DNA of 62,125 bases, the filler included, from Asterionella formosa (Eukaryota): assembly GCA_002256025.1 (NCBI GenBank). It is 7 parts of 7 records of this genome, joined end to end, with 100 filler letters (N's around TTAATTAATTAA, not from the genome) between each part and the next. Parts side by side here need not be neighbours in the genome. Positions count along the whole stretch, not along the records: positions 1 to 8,798 come from NKIB01011601.1; positions 8,899 to 17,693 come from NKIB01011602.1; 5 more parts are not named here. The stretch is one strand, 5' to 3'. The stretch's first letter is position 1. Each line of letters opens with the position of its first letter. Under the pieces are notes generated by a model. The model saw only the letters and a program-made list of their open reading frames with translations. It had not been told where the DNA came from and did not search any database. A program made the position numbers and the translations under genes. This document shows, in pieces, positions 1 through 11,873 of the stretch.

Positions 1-2
1 TT

Positions 3-446
3 TCGGCTTCCTTGATGCGCATCATGATAGCTCAGCTTTCCGGTGTGACAGACATTTCCACTTTATTTTCCATTTTCTGCTTGACAGCTACCACCATGTT
101 GTTGGGCGGCTGCCATGAATCCGTCAACGCCCAAGCCCGAGCAGACGGGTACAAGCAAAATTGGTTTCCTTTTGCAGTGGCCTTTGTTCCACACCTGGCT
201 AGCTGGGCAATCATCTTTTGTTTCTTTTTTACTTCTGTCATACGAGGCAATCCTCCATCTTTTGTCTGGTTTATTATATTCATTATCTTTGCACTCGATG
301 GTACCTTCGCTCTGCTGTTATATTTGCAAAGTGCAAAGAAAGGGAGGTTCGAAGACTACATCGAAGGAGAAATTGCATTTATTCTTCTGTCCTTTATTTC
401 TAAATCTCTTCTGGCTTGGCTCAACTACTTTGGTGGGCTTCGCTAA
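3..446 (+). CDS. Heliorhodopsin, C-terminal part (TM3-TM7), 5'-truncated at the contig start
   Basis: Frame is open from base 3. Motifs: SASLMRIMIAQLSGVTD (end of TM3), ATTMLLGGCHE (TM4), WFPF...PHLASW (TM5), PPSFVWFII...FALLLYLQ (TM6), and DYIEGEIAFILLSFISKSLLAW (TM7, with the heliorhodopsin SxxxK retinal-binding Lys). Confidence 0.92.
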   Translation, partial: SASLMRIMIAQLSGVTDISTLFSIFCLTATTMLLGGCHESVNAQARADGYKQNWFPFAVAFVPHLASWAIIFCFFFTSVIRGNPPSFVWFIIFIIFALDGTFALLLYLQSAKKGRFEDYIEGEIAFILLSFISKSLLAWLNYFGGLR

Positions 447-639
447 GCTTTTCCTACACTTGTCTTGTGGATCAGCTGAAGGTCTTTGTTTGTATATAGT
501 GATAATTTGAAAGGTAATCTTTCATTGCATTTTCAATAAGTGCATTGCAAGCTAATATATAAGTTTTGGAGACATGTTCATGTAGTAGCAATTGAATTTC
601 CTGTTGAATGGTTTCATCAATAAATGTATAATGGTGAAC

Positions 640-1400
640 CTAGAACCAACCCCGATGACAAAATTAACTCTTGGACCACTGAATCAGATACCCTAAAGTT
701 GGGAGCCAACTCCCCAACGCATACCTACAGTTGTTTCTGCAGCAATGCAGCACTTGAAAGTAACCTCTTCTCTACCATCAAGAGAATGTCTTTTTAAAGC
801 TGCCACATCAAAGCAACCCACTGCTGTGTGGTGGGTGTAAAGGAAAGTCCAGCAGACATAACCAATCAAAGTGGATGTCAACAAAATTCCAAAAGTTTTC
901 AAAAGGAATGACCCAAAAATGAAGAAGATGGACTACAATACCTGAATGGAATATAGACAACAGGCAAATATAATGGTTAGAGAACCGGACAATGCCCTTG
1001 CTGTATCTCGGCTGTTGCAATAGCTATACAAATCACTCGATGAGACAACCAACTGATATAGGAAAATGGTGGCAATAGCTTAGATAACAACGAGAACACT
1101 AATATTGGATAAATTGGACTATATTGTTATTGTGAGTTAGTAATCATCATTTTCATCACTTAATTGTAGTGACACCCACCATGCCTTTATACCCAATATA
1201 CAACACATATCCCTGAATGAATCGCTCACCAAAAGCCACATCGCTCGGGCAAGGCAAATTACTGCCTGGATGATAATATCACCTCAGATTGGAACACTGA
1301 ACATGCAACAATGGACTCGCCAAGCAATGGATCATTCCCATACACAAAAAGCCACGAAACACCAGAGACTGCTTGGAAACATATTTTCAAATTGAATTTG
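640..1400 (+). mobile_element. Highly decayed relic, probably the 3' region of a non-LTR retrotransposon
   Basis: Stop-riddled frames with a remnant zinc-knuckle-like RTGQCPCC (~978-1003), followed by a RQITAW...QRLLGNIF-like tail. CpG-poor. Confidence 0.3.
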
Positions 1401-1407
1401 AATATAG

Positions 1408-1869
1408 TGTGTGAGTGACCTGTGTGGAAAACCCGATTTTTGTCCCCTCCATTATTATTTTTATGATTGTCACCTCTAAAAACAATTCACATGAGCTCAA
1501 GGGGTCACCAATGCTGTTAGGCCTTTTTCCATATTATGGAGAGTCGATATAGTGAGATGCAAGGGCTTGATGCCCTACGGTTGTCAGGATTCAACAAGTA
1601 GGTTCTGGGTAATTATGAGCTTAAAGATTAGTGTATCTATATTAGTTCCTAGTCCAAGGGGACTCACAAGGGTCTTGATGAGAAGGGCATGTACTAGGTG
1701 TCAAGAGTCCATGCTAGGTGTCATGTTTTAGCCTAGCATTGGTACGTCTATTCTAGAGATACATCTGAACCAATAGTTATCACGTAACATATAGCTGCGG
1801 GTACATACTAATGCAATATGTACTACGAGCTACATACTAGTAATGACAGTTATCAGCCTGATAATGACA
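1408..1869. mobile_element. Candidate solo LTR
   Basis: Starts TG (TGTGTGAG) and ends CA (AATGACA), with ATAG on both flanks (1404-1407 and 1870-1873). No ORF. Confidence 0.35.
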
Positions 1870-1887
1870 ATAGATTCGACCTGTCGC

Positions 1888-2700
1888 AGTCATTAGAAGA
1901 GGCAGCTAAGGAGATGACTGGTGGGGTCCCTTGCAAGTGAGGTATCTGATGTTGGTCAAATTTTCCATTGAAGAATATGAAGGGCATGAATTGCCCTCAA
2001 TTCTATGTTCTCTTAAAAATTTGCAAGACGAGAAACAAACAGAGGAGTTTGATTGTATCACAGAATCTGCTGTTTGTTGTGTTTTGTCAGAACCAGAAGA
2101 TGGAGTGTGTGAGGAGGCTTATAAATTGAAGCCTTTGTATCCTTTGGGGTTAGCAGGCAATCGCATTTCCTTTTGGAAGGACATTGAGAAATGATGCACA
2201 TGGTCATGGTCGGATTTTTGAGCTCATTGCAATCAATTGCTTTTCACTCAATGTAAATGTTACTTTGGAGAGATTTTTGTCTTTGGATGAATACAATCAC
2301 ATTGCAACATTTCCCTCAAATGAGTTACCAAAAGTAGGAATCATGGCAATAAATGGAATGTTTGTAACCCAAAACTTTGAATTTTCCTGAAATCGACATG
2401 ATCTGGAAGTCTGGTTAAACAGTGTGTGGTGTTCAGGTACCTATATCAAAATACCACAGGATGGCTAACAAAGCTTAAGAAGGTGTTTCAGCTCTGTTTA
2501 AGTCCTGAAAAAAGAATTGCTGATTCTGCTCAATGCAATATTCCTGAAATCCAGGGGCCAATCACAGTTATTGCGCTATGCATAGCTAAGCAGGATACCC
2601 TTGTAAGCTGTACAGAATTGCCATTATCGTAAATCAAACATATGATTGATTTTATCAATTTTGAAGAGTCAAGTCCTAGAAAAAATATTTTGGAGTGATC
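1888..2700 (+). pseudogene. Frameshifted relic of a Crinkler/RHS-type NTPase-REase gene
   Basis: Across frames: EMTGGVP, then HGRIFELIAI, then FPEIDMIWKSG*TVCGVQVPISKYH. This resembles the G-x-x-FE ... FPxID ... xQV pattern of CR-REase domains. Several stops and frameshifts. Confidence 0.5.
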
Positions 2701-3108
2701 TGTCAGGCCTTTGTGGCATGAAGTCTGGGATTAACAATTTGGCAATTAGGGTAGTAACAGTTGATGATTGGGGATGGCTAGTTTAGACAATCCAGTACAC
2801 ATTTAATACAATGATTAACATAGTAGTCTACATATCAATATATGGAAGTAATCATATTTATACATGACATTTGCTATAATTCATACAAGAGGTTGGTGAA
2901 AGTATACTGCAGTATTGGATACTGATACTGCTCAAAATGCAGTATCAGTATACCAGTATTCTGTCATTCTACATTCCAAATACCATACTGTTCCAAAATT
3001 TTGCCAGTATACTGGTCTAGCTTGCCAGCAAACTGCTATGTAGGAATCTACAGAAAATCTGGCATGTCTTGTAGTAGCATTGGATAGTGAAATTCCGTTC
3101 AATACTTG

Positions 3109-6096
3109 GGCTACATCTAAGCCGCGTATTACGACAAGTGACTACCATGTAAATAAGCCTAGTTGATTTTGAATTGATCACATGAATTAGTTGAATACAT
3201 CAAAATGCTAACTTGAATATATCTATATATTATCTGAATACATCACGTCAATTATTTGATCAGAGTATCATGCATGCATTCCTGATCATCACTATATTAC
3301 GTGATCACCTTCACATAATTATTTGAAATACTTCACGTAATTATTTGAAATACTTCACATAATTATTTGAAATAATTCACTTAATTCTGTAATTTAGTTC
3401 ACATTGCCTTATAATTTTGTTCACGTAATTCTGTAATTGTGTTCACGTAATTAAAAAGCACTATCAAATATGTTGATTACTAATTCAACTACCGGTATTT
3501 CACATTAAATGGGAAACAAATCTCGATATGCAATCAAACACAGCAGTTCTTTCAGAATGGCATCTTTAGTCTTGAGAAGGCAGGCATTATGAGACATCTG
3601 TAAGGACAATGCAGAAACCGTTCATTCTGAATGAAAAAATTATTCATTCTTGAAAAGGCATCAATGTGCGAAGTTGCAACAGGAATGCATCGCACTGGCT
3701 TCCTTCTTGTCCTTGAAATGACTTCTTCATTGACCCGCAAAGATTTACATAACAACAGTGTGTTAGTAATTCATTGAATAGAACTAGCAACAGCAGAAAG
3801 CAACACACACATGTGCTATCCAATTGTTTCACGGAGCACTCAAATTGACAGCAAGACACCGGCATTACCCACCAGTCAGCACCGCAACTCACTGATGTAT
3901 TCAAAAGAATGCTCCTGTTGTGAAATGGACGGCTAAAATGTATAATAAATGCAGAGAACAATAACAAAAGCGTGTGATTTATTGCTTGCTTTGCTGATGG
4001 TGTGATGACAAAAACTGAAGATTAAGCTTACCTTTGTAAAATCTTCCATTGCTTGCGGGTCTCGTCCATATTGCATCATTTCGCCTTCTATCACTCCTGC
4101 TTTCAAAAGAACACTCCTTTTTTAAAAAGGCCTGTTCAAATGTCAAATGAATGTTGAGAACAGCAGCATATCATTATGAATTATCACTCGCTTGTTGATA
4201 TGGTAGCAAAAATAACAAGAAAACAAATTCCCTTTAAAGCATCCATCATGGACGATCTCAATGTTGCATCATCATTCCGCCTTTTGTTGGTGCAACAAGC
4301 CATATGTGAGCTGATAAAAGATTTGTTTATAGTAAGGCAGCTGAAAATCTGGATGGGGGATGCTAGTTGTAAGGGTTTTTCCCATGTTGAAAATTAATTG
4401 CTCACTGTGGTGTTGAATGAATGTTGGTGTTTTTATGAATTCAGATGGTCAAAAATCCTGGCGCAGCCATGACTTCCTCTTTGTACCAACAGAACATACA
4501 ATCTACACGAAAAAATCTGGCGCAGTCTTGCTTGTAATTTCGCCGGAACAAATTTCTGAGGCTACAAGTGCGACTTTTCGAGAAGAGGGAGAGGACACAG
4601 CCAATAGTTACTCCTAATTGCACATGCACTGGATGACCTACCTTTAGCCTTGTCCTACAATAGTTGAAAAATACGCCTGGATTTTATATTGAAAACAATC
4701 AACTGATGAGTTACTAACCAGTTCATGCGCATGATGAAATTAAAATCTGTTGTGTCTTCCTCAATTCTGTGTGATTCGTACATTCAGAGCATTGTAGCAA
4801 CTGTGTGGCAACCCATCTGTCTCATGCTTGTTCCGCCCAAAACGAGCTCTTAGATCCCTCGAGTGTATTTCTAGTCAAATACAGTTTGGTCACAGCGCAC
4901 CCTCTACTCATCTTATCAGGCAACACCATGGCTCCTTCTTCCCGCGTGTGATTCCCTGCCAAGTAGAGCGTATGCAAGGCAGATCCAAACAAAGCATGAC
5001 GTGCAAATGATCTAATCCCATCATCGCCGACTTGCTTGGTTGAATCCAAGATCCCACGATCCCAAGGCGCGGTGTGTTGAAATCCCGACAGTCAACGGAG
5101 TAAAACTTGCCATCGTTGCCCAAGTTGTTATAACCTAGTTTGAGAATGTAAAGATTTGAATTCTGCAGCAGGGTCACTTTGACTAAGCGTGCCTACGATG
5201 ACTGCAATCCTCATGGTGATAAATTAATCTACCAATCGTGAGTACGGATGGAGTATTTGAGGGGGAAAAGCGCCAAGGGGTTAGAACAACTGAGCCACGA
5301 CACAGTGCAAGACAACAACACCCACTCGGGGTGCTTGTACCAGTACTTAACTTGGATGGCTATCATCGCATGAGTGCTTCTGATAAGCGCTGAAGGACAC
5401 TCTCTCAAGTCGGCGTTGCTTTGGCGTAGTGGTGCGAGTTCAATTTGCCAATTTTACATTGACAATGCGCACTTACTTCAGTCTACAGCGGCGATGTTTA
5501 TGGTTGCATCAAATTGGTGCATGAGGACGGCGAAAATTCTTTTCACTGTCATTTCTTGGCCGATTCATACCTTCTCGGCATATGTACCATAGGTTACTTG
5601 AATTTTCATTTCGCAATGATTTATCCTCTAAAACAATTTTATCTTGAACTTTTAAAATACGTAGTTGTAACATCAACTAGTTTTGTCATGGAAATCACTG
5701 TATGATTCTGAACCATCACATGAAAATCTCGAAGAGAAATCTTGTTCACTATAATAGTTCATATTATTTACGTGAAGTGCAGAACAATAAACTGTAGATT
5801 GTCCATGCATGAAATAAGACACCACAAATATCCTTACAATTTCACAAATAAAGATGCGTGTAGTAAATGAATTAGCCACGAGAGCAGGATATTAGTTGAA
5901 CTTTGAAATGAATTATTTGAAACATCAACTAATTCAGTCTCGTGTTCAAAGTTCATTGTGAAAACTTCACATGAAACCGTTAAAACTTCACGTGAAACCG
6001 TTAAAAGAAACCTTTTTTACGGGAAGAGTGGCATTAATTCATGTCAAGTACCCCATCATTAACACTCCTACGTAAATGAAATTTCGAAAAGTAGCG
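3109..6096. mobile_element. CACTA/EnSpm-like non-autonomous element nested in the hAT, carrying gene fragments
   Basis: Splits the hAT motif PFNT/CERLFS exactly. Termini are GGCTAC...GTAGCG with a possible 2-bp TG duplication. Many subterminal TTCACGTAAT/TTCACATGAA repeats at both ends. The left ~700 bp recur (reverse complement) at 54031-54720. Confidence 0.65.
4822..5177 (-). pseudogene. Captured fragment of an RNI-like leucine-rich-repeat gene
   Basis: LYILKLGYNNLGNDG, VGDDGIRSFA...LHTLYLAGNHTREEGAMVL and VTKLYLTRNTL are LxxLxLxxNxIgdxG repeats, split over two frames. Confidence 0.7.
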
Positions 6097-6519
6097 TGAA
6101 AAGGCTCTTTTCCATTGCCAATCACATTCTTACTTGTGTGAGGAAGTCAACATTACCTGCTGTGTTTGAAGCGATCCTATTTCTAAAAATGAATAGACAT
6201 TACTGGAATGAGGTTGTGGTTGGTAAAGCAATGGGTAGGACTATCACATTAGAGATGGATGATGATCAAGCAGATTAACATGATAGAACCAAAGCACTTA
6301 AGTAGCTGCCATGATTGCCTGCTGCATCATGTGAGTGACAATAAGAATAATGGTTTGTAAGCCATATCAGTATACTGGTATACTGTCATTTCAATATTGA
6401 AATACTTAAATGTTCGCCAAGTGAATACAGTATACCAGTATACTGTCTTTCTCTAAAAAAGCCCGGAGTATTACTGCAGTATAATATCAACGACCTATGA
6501 TTCATACTATGGTATAGTT

Positions 6520-7110
6520 CCTAGTTGTCACAGCAGCAGGGAGGGGACTTCATCACAATATGGTACTGATAGTACCAGGTAGATTGGAGAGAGTCAATGC
6601 CAGACAAGCCCAAGATGCAACTTCCAAAATTCGTTGGTCTGATTTCTGCTCCATTGAATTTTTGGTGGACAAGGTCCTTACCTTTGGGAGGTGCTGTCGC
6701 TTTCCCTCTGTTGATCTTTTGATGGAAGCCAGAGAAGATGATAAGGTCCACAATAATCTCGCCTTTACATCATGTATACTGAGGGTCGATGGTTGATCGT
6801 TCAAGTGCGCAAATGTGCTCTGTATCATCGGTTACAGTGCTGTCAAACACCTGTACAGGGCTGTCCAGTCCCTCCTCCTCTGTATTGTCCCCAAAAGGTT
6901 CCGAAAGCTTTGGTTGAGGCCATCAGAGTCAATTTGAACACAATGATGTGCATGCATATGTGTAGCAGCCATAATGGCAGTGTCATCGAGCCAACTGAGT
7001 TTTGTGTGGCAAAACAATATTGGTGGTTTATATGAAGGCTATGTGGGCTAGGGTTTTGTTGAAAAGGCTGGTACTCCTTCCTGCGGGCTTGGTCTCTCTT
7101 CATGTAGACC
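6520..7110 (-). mobile_element. Decayed 3' fragment, probably of a non-LTR retrotransposon
   Basis: Remnants such as YCFATQNSVGSMTLPLWLLH resemble the QxxIGW...G...W tail of diatom LINE-like elements. Many stops. Confidence 0.3.
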
Positions 7111-7635
7111 TTTACGTGCTCATAGTAATACCTAGTACCACTTACTTTCTCTCTCTTCTTTGCTTCTAGCCTTCCTGCTAGATAGACTAATCGACCTTCC
7201 TGTTAATTAACACACTGTTTCCTCAAATTGATAATCTAAACTCAAATTAAATTATAAGCTAAACTAAATGTTTCCTTTCCATGCATCTTTGCTTCCTGAA
7301 AAGTCGCTCTAAGACTCTCCTCGAATTTCCACTTAACATTTCCATAGAAATCTTCAATCTTTGATCTAGTTGGATAGCTGATTGAAGTGGCAATGCAATA
7401 TTCGACTCGTTCGATTACAATCGAGTCATTCTTGACAGGTTTTAAGGGTTTATCAAAAAGAGGGGGACGAAATATCTTTTTCCTATGTATATAATACCGG
7501 TATATAAATACCACACTAGATTCATGTTCCGGTACCTGGTACCTGGTACCAGGGTACCTGGTACTCTTTGATTGTACCTATCGGTAATTGATTCGGACTT
7601 CCCGGAATGCAATTGAAGTATCAAAATGAAAATTT

Positions 7636-7917
7636 TGTGGACCTACAATCATTTTGGTAAATTCTGGGTATACGTCAGGGTGTCTCAGGCGTATGCTCAA
7701 CGGGGAAACCGTTAGGTGTATTCCTGCGAGGTCTGTCTTGTGACATGCAGGCGCCTGGTACTAGCGGCCTGTAGGACCAGCGTGCATTTTGGTCATCCTT
7801 GAGTGGGTAATCCTTGTCTGGAATATGTCGAGTTTTTCCCATCCAACAAGTTGTGTTGGATATTGCTTTGTGATTACTTCTTTTATGTGGTACCCTTCGA
7901 TAGCGCTAATTGCAACA
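7636..7917 (+). mobile_element. 5' LTR of a Ty1/copia (CoDi-like) retrotransposon
   Basis: TGTGGAC...TGCAACA termini. 7652-7779 is near-identical to the reverse complement of 54721-54848, whose own end reads TGTTGAC. A gag-like ORF follows. Confidence 0.65.
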
Positions 7918-8119
7918 TTAGGTTCAGTATTCTCCCCATCGCCTGTTTGATAGGAGAATTAGTCGGTTTATCAGACCCACGTAGCCTCTTCAGTAGCCTT
8001 CATCGGTTGATTGTTGTAATATTCGAAGGGAAAACTGCTGGCCAGCAAGCAACGTTTGTTTCGGCGTTCTGGGAGTCCGCTTTTGCGCATCGTTGTTCAG
8101 TGTTGGGGTCATTATCATC

Positions 8120-8798
8120 ATGTCACCAAGAACCAAGCAGAGGGTTCGACAGGGTGGTAGGGTCTCGAAGCGTGTCATTGCAGCTCAACGAGCAACAAGA
8201 GCGCAAATTCGAGCAGCCCAGGGAGAAGATGAGCTTCTGGAGCCGCCAGATGACATCGTTGAGGCGGAAGGAGTTGTGGGAATGCGGCCTGAAGTGATTC
8301 AGGAGGTCCGAATCCCCGCACCAGACCTGCAGGCAAGTGATCGGAGTCAGAGTGACAGTTCCTCTGGACTGGCAGACAACCCCAGCGATAGCTCAGGCGA
8401 TAGTGGAGGCAACGAAAGCGACGATGATGATGACGATCCATCGGGCATTTCAGTTGGTGATCAACTTGCCATGGCGCAAGTGTTCATTGAGTTTAATGGT
8501 GTGTTGGCAGAGCCGCAATTTCGAGAGAAATTGATCACCTTTGGACTCACCCCAGCCCAAGCAGATATCGTGATAGAGAATGGGGCGGTCTCAGCGAAAT
8601 CTTTTGCACGCCTTTTCGATAAAGATGCTTTGGACAAACTCTTTCATTATGAAGGGTTGACAGGACTTCGGGTCCTGGTTATTCAACGCATTAGGGTTTT
8701 GCATCGATGGCTTCGACAGCAACAAGAGGCAGGTAGAAACCTTGGCCTCGTGAATCTCACCAAGTTTGATGATGACGCTCTTGCATCTTTACTCGATC
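8120..8798 (+). CDS. Putative Gag N-terminus of a copia retrotransposon (3'-truncated at the contig end)
   Basis: Intact ORF 200 bp downstream of the LTR. An acidic low-complexity region is followed by ENGAVSAKSFARLF...VIQRIRVLHRWLRQQQEAG, resembling diatom CoDi Gag N-termini. Confidence 0.55.
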
Positions 8799-8898
8799 NN
8801 NNNNNNNNNNNNNNNNNNNNNNNNNNNNNNNNNNNNNNNNNNTTAATTAATTAANNNNNNNNNNNNNNNNNNNNNNNNNNNNNNNNNNNNNNNNNNNN
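8799..8898. other. Artificial contig linker (44 N + TTAATTAATTAA + 44 N); also at 17694-17793, 26586-26685, 35476-35575, 44360-44459 and 53244-53343
   Basis: Identical 100-bp spacer with stops in all six frames. Flanking contig lengths never increase along the window. Confidence 0.99.
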
Positions 8899-9780
8899 GA
8901 TGCAGACAAACGTCGATGGTTCCCAGTGAATTGCGATGTTACCGCCAACGATGTCTTGTGCGGCAAAGGCAAAACCTGTTTCAACCATCCCGGCAACCGT
9001 CGGTTCCGTGCCATTGTTGATGCCAACCTCCAGCGGTACCAATCCGTTCCCAACAAATTAGACAAGTCTGCCATTGTGAATGAGATTGTCGCCATTGTCC
9101 GAAGCGGTTGCAGCAGCTGGGGAGGCTTCGTCAGATCGGATTTACTGGCGGGCCGATGGTATGAAATCGGCGACGAGGCTGCTCGTGAAAAGGTGGGGCA
9201 AGTCATTCGAGACGCTATGCTCAAGCAGGACCCCGATGGCCTTCAGAAGAAACAGCGCAAGCGAAAGTCTCGTGCCACGGAACGTAAGGAACGAAAGTGT
9301 GCAGCGGAGCAAGGACTGCAAGTCCCTCAACGGGTCCACGAACCTCGGCTGACGCTCATTCGGCGAGCCGAACATCGCTCTCGCGACTACGCAGCTTCGA
9401 AACAGACAGATCCATCACTGAAAGACTCGAATGACAAACCTCCCAAAGTGAGTCAACAGGCTGTGCGTTCCAACCGACCATGTGAAGCCGGGATCACGGC
9501 TGCTTTCTTGGACTCTGACGAACCCAAACCAGCTAGCAAGAAGACGAAGAAAACCAAGATCAAAACAAAGAAAGTGGCCCCCCAAACGGAACCTCCTTCC
9601 AATGATGCCCCTTTTGATTTTTATGAAAAACTGCTGGAAATATATAGAGAACAAGTGTCCGACCATACATCAGTATCAACTTATTCTGGACGAGATACAG
9701 GTGATGAAATGAGTGACCTTTCTGACCACGAATATAGAGGGTTTATTGAAGAAGAGGGAGAAAAGGCCATTTTTGTATAG
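8899..9780 (+). CDS. DUF6824-domain protein (diatom-expanded family), 5'-truncated
   Basis: DVLCGKGKTCFNHPGNRRFRAIV...Y...KSAIVNEIVAIVR...GGFV...WYEIGDEAAREKVGQVIRD. The frame is open from the contig start. Confidence 0.88.
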   Translation, partial: DADKRRWFPVNCDVTANDVLCGKGKTCFNHPGNRRFRAIVDANLQRYQSVPNKLDKSAIVNEIVAIVRSGCSSWGGFVRSDLLAGRWYEIGDEAAREKVGQVIRDAMLKQDPDGLQKKQRKRKSRATERKERKCAAEQGLQVPQRVHEPRLTLIRRAEHRSRDYAASKQTDPSLKDSNDKPPKVSQQAVRSNRPCEAGITAAFLDSDEPKPASKKTKKTKIKTKKVAPQTEPPSNDAPFDFYEKLLEIYREQVSDHTSVSTYSGRDTGDEMSDLSDHEYRGFIEEEGEKAIFV

Positions 9781-10494
9781 TTAATAGCCAAAAATTGGCA
9801 ATGCCAGTGAGGAACGTGATCGCATAACCCGACCCTGGCTGGAAGCAATTCCTGAGTTAAGATGAGGATGGGAAATCGCACTACTGAAACTGGTTTAGAC
9901 TTTGGCGGACTCGAAAATGGTGACACCAAGCATCCTTCTTCTATGAATTGAAAAATGCGTTAATATGAGTTGTGCTAGTTAGATGTTCAATCATCACCTC
10001 AGAGACACAGTCTCTGTCAATGGAGCACATTTGTAGTAGTTGGTTGTACAGATCATTGACTCGGAAAAGATATCATCAGGAGAAGAATCTAATGCTTTTA
10101 ACACATATTACTTTTGTATTGCAAAGTCATGTATTGCAAACGACAATCTATCACACTACCTGTAGACTATGGTAATTNNNNNNNNNNNNNNNNNNNNNNN
10201 NNNNNNNNNNNNNNNNNNNNNNNNNNNNNNNNNNNNNNNNNNNNNNNNNNNNNNNNNNNNNNNNNNNNNNNNNNNNNNNNNNNNNNNNNNNNNNNNNNNN
10301 NNNNNNNNNNNNNNNNNNNNNNNNNNNNNNNNNNNNNNNNNNNNNNNNAAGGCGTTTGTGACCTCGGATTGACTAGAAGGAAAGTGCTGGTCCTCTTGCG
10401 GGTTCACCTTGTTTCCATATGCAGCTTGAATACAGCGATCCGTAAAACTCCGGATGCGTGCTTTACTACAGTGAACGAAAATCAAGCATCTCAC

Positions 10495-11873
10495 TTATAC
10501 ATGCTTTCCAGTGCCATCACCCCACCATGGCGTCCCAGCCTTGGCACGAATCCCTCCAAACAAAATAGCATGTGCCTGTAACCCAATGGGTTCCGTTGGA
10601 ATCCTGCAATTCGCAATCGCTCGATCCATGTCTCCTTCCTGGTCTTCTAACTTATCCAAAGTAACTCCTGCCATTGGACCATAGAGGGTATCGCGAATGA
10701 TGGGCGCTCCCAGTGATGCCAACTGCGCTCTCACTTGATGTTTGCGTCCCGTTACCAACCGAATCGTGCTTTCATAATGCTGCATCGTGCCAGGATCATA
10801 GGATAGTCCATTTTGAATCTGAATCGGCCGACATGACACCACTTCCAAGACACATCTGATCCAAAAGTCTTTCGCCTTTCTCCTAGTTTCCGGTGTCGCG
10901 TGCGAGATCAATTGACAGGGAGGTCCGCCACTCTTGCCTCGAGCCGCTTGGGGCGCCCACATCCAATGTACGTGTAGTCCAGTGGGAACTGGTTTGGTCG
11001 TTACAGCCAAGTATACCTTTTTCAACTTTCGCAGTCGTTGCAATTCTGAAAAAACGCGTTGACCATTCGTGTCTTTGCTCAAAACAACACACCCACCCAC
11101 ACATGAGTCAACACGATGACAGAGAAGGGGACGGGGAACTGGTACCTTGTCAATGGTAACAAACGGCCCCATGAGTTCGTTGACACATCCGGGGCAGCAT
11201 TCAAAGTAATTGGATGTGTCGGGTTGACTTGGGAGCATGGGTGGCTTGTCCACGACGATAAAGGTTGTGTCTTCGTAAAGGAGTCTTTCCCTCGTGAGTT
11301 CGTAACATGCCGGAAATCTGCGTGGATTGGGGTAAATGCGAATGTCTGTTCCGCCATTGAGGAGAACTGGTGTGAGGATGCGTCGATATCGTTGGTTTCT
11401 CATTTTTTCAATGTACGCATCCAGGTCTTGGTCTGAGTCTTCGTTTTCCGAGAATTCGTTTTCTCCCCACCCCCGTGGCAAATCAGCGTATTGCGCAGAT
11501 GTGGCCATTGTTCCGAGGCCAAACGTTTCGTATTGGGACAGGGCATCTTCCTCTGAGAGTGTTTCGATGCGAGCCCAGACAGCTCCAATGTCAATCAGTT
11601 CGTTGGCTTCCTTGAGAGAAATGTTAGCCAGTCTTGCAACTTCTTCATTGAGAGGACAGGTTTTGGCAGTTACACCCTTGATGCATCTGACGCGATCGTT
11701 GGTCAGTCTCGATATGACAATGTCCTCCTCCTCTTCCTCCACCTCATTGTCTGGAAAGGGTTCACCAGTAACCATGTACGTATCCGGTGCCACTTGATCT
11801 GTCATGTACAGTTGTTGCTGTTGTTTTTGTTGTTCCTGCCCCGGTATTCTGGCAACAAGAGCATTGTGCCCAT
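10495..11873 (-). CDS. RluA-family RNA pseudouridine synthase, probably organelle-targeted; 5' end lies in or beyond the N gap 11874-12471
   Basis: VVDKPPMLPSQP, catalytic HRVDSCVGG, KKVYLAV, LVTGRKHQVRAQLASLGAPIIRDTLYG and LQAHAI motifs. Confidence 0.9.

Larger units (their letters stand above)
2887..6499 (+). mobile_element. Non-autonomous hAT DNA transposon (internally deleted, interrupted by a nested element)
   Basis: Imperfect ~28-bp TIRs (AAGAGGTTGGTGAAAGTATACTGCAGTA vs reverse complement CATAGGTCGTTGATATTATACTGCAGTA, 22/28). Perfect 8-bp TSD ATTCATAC (2879-2886, 6500-6507). Subterminal CAGTATACTG repeats. Remnant hAT dimerisation domain KRLFSIANHILTCVRKSTLPAVFEAILFLKMNRHYW at 6097-6278. 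Confidence 0.88.

Noticed and set aside
8843..8854. Recurrent TTAATTAATTAA as a biological motif or piggyBac target
   Set aside because: Always centred in 44+44 Ns; it is a synthetic six-frame-stop linker.
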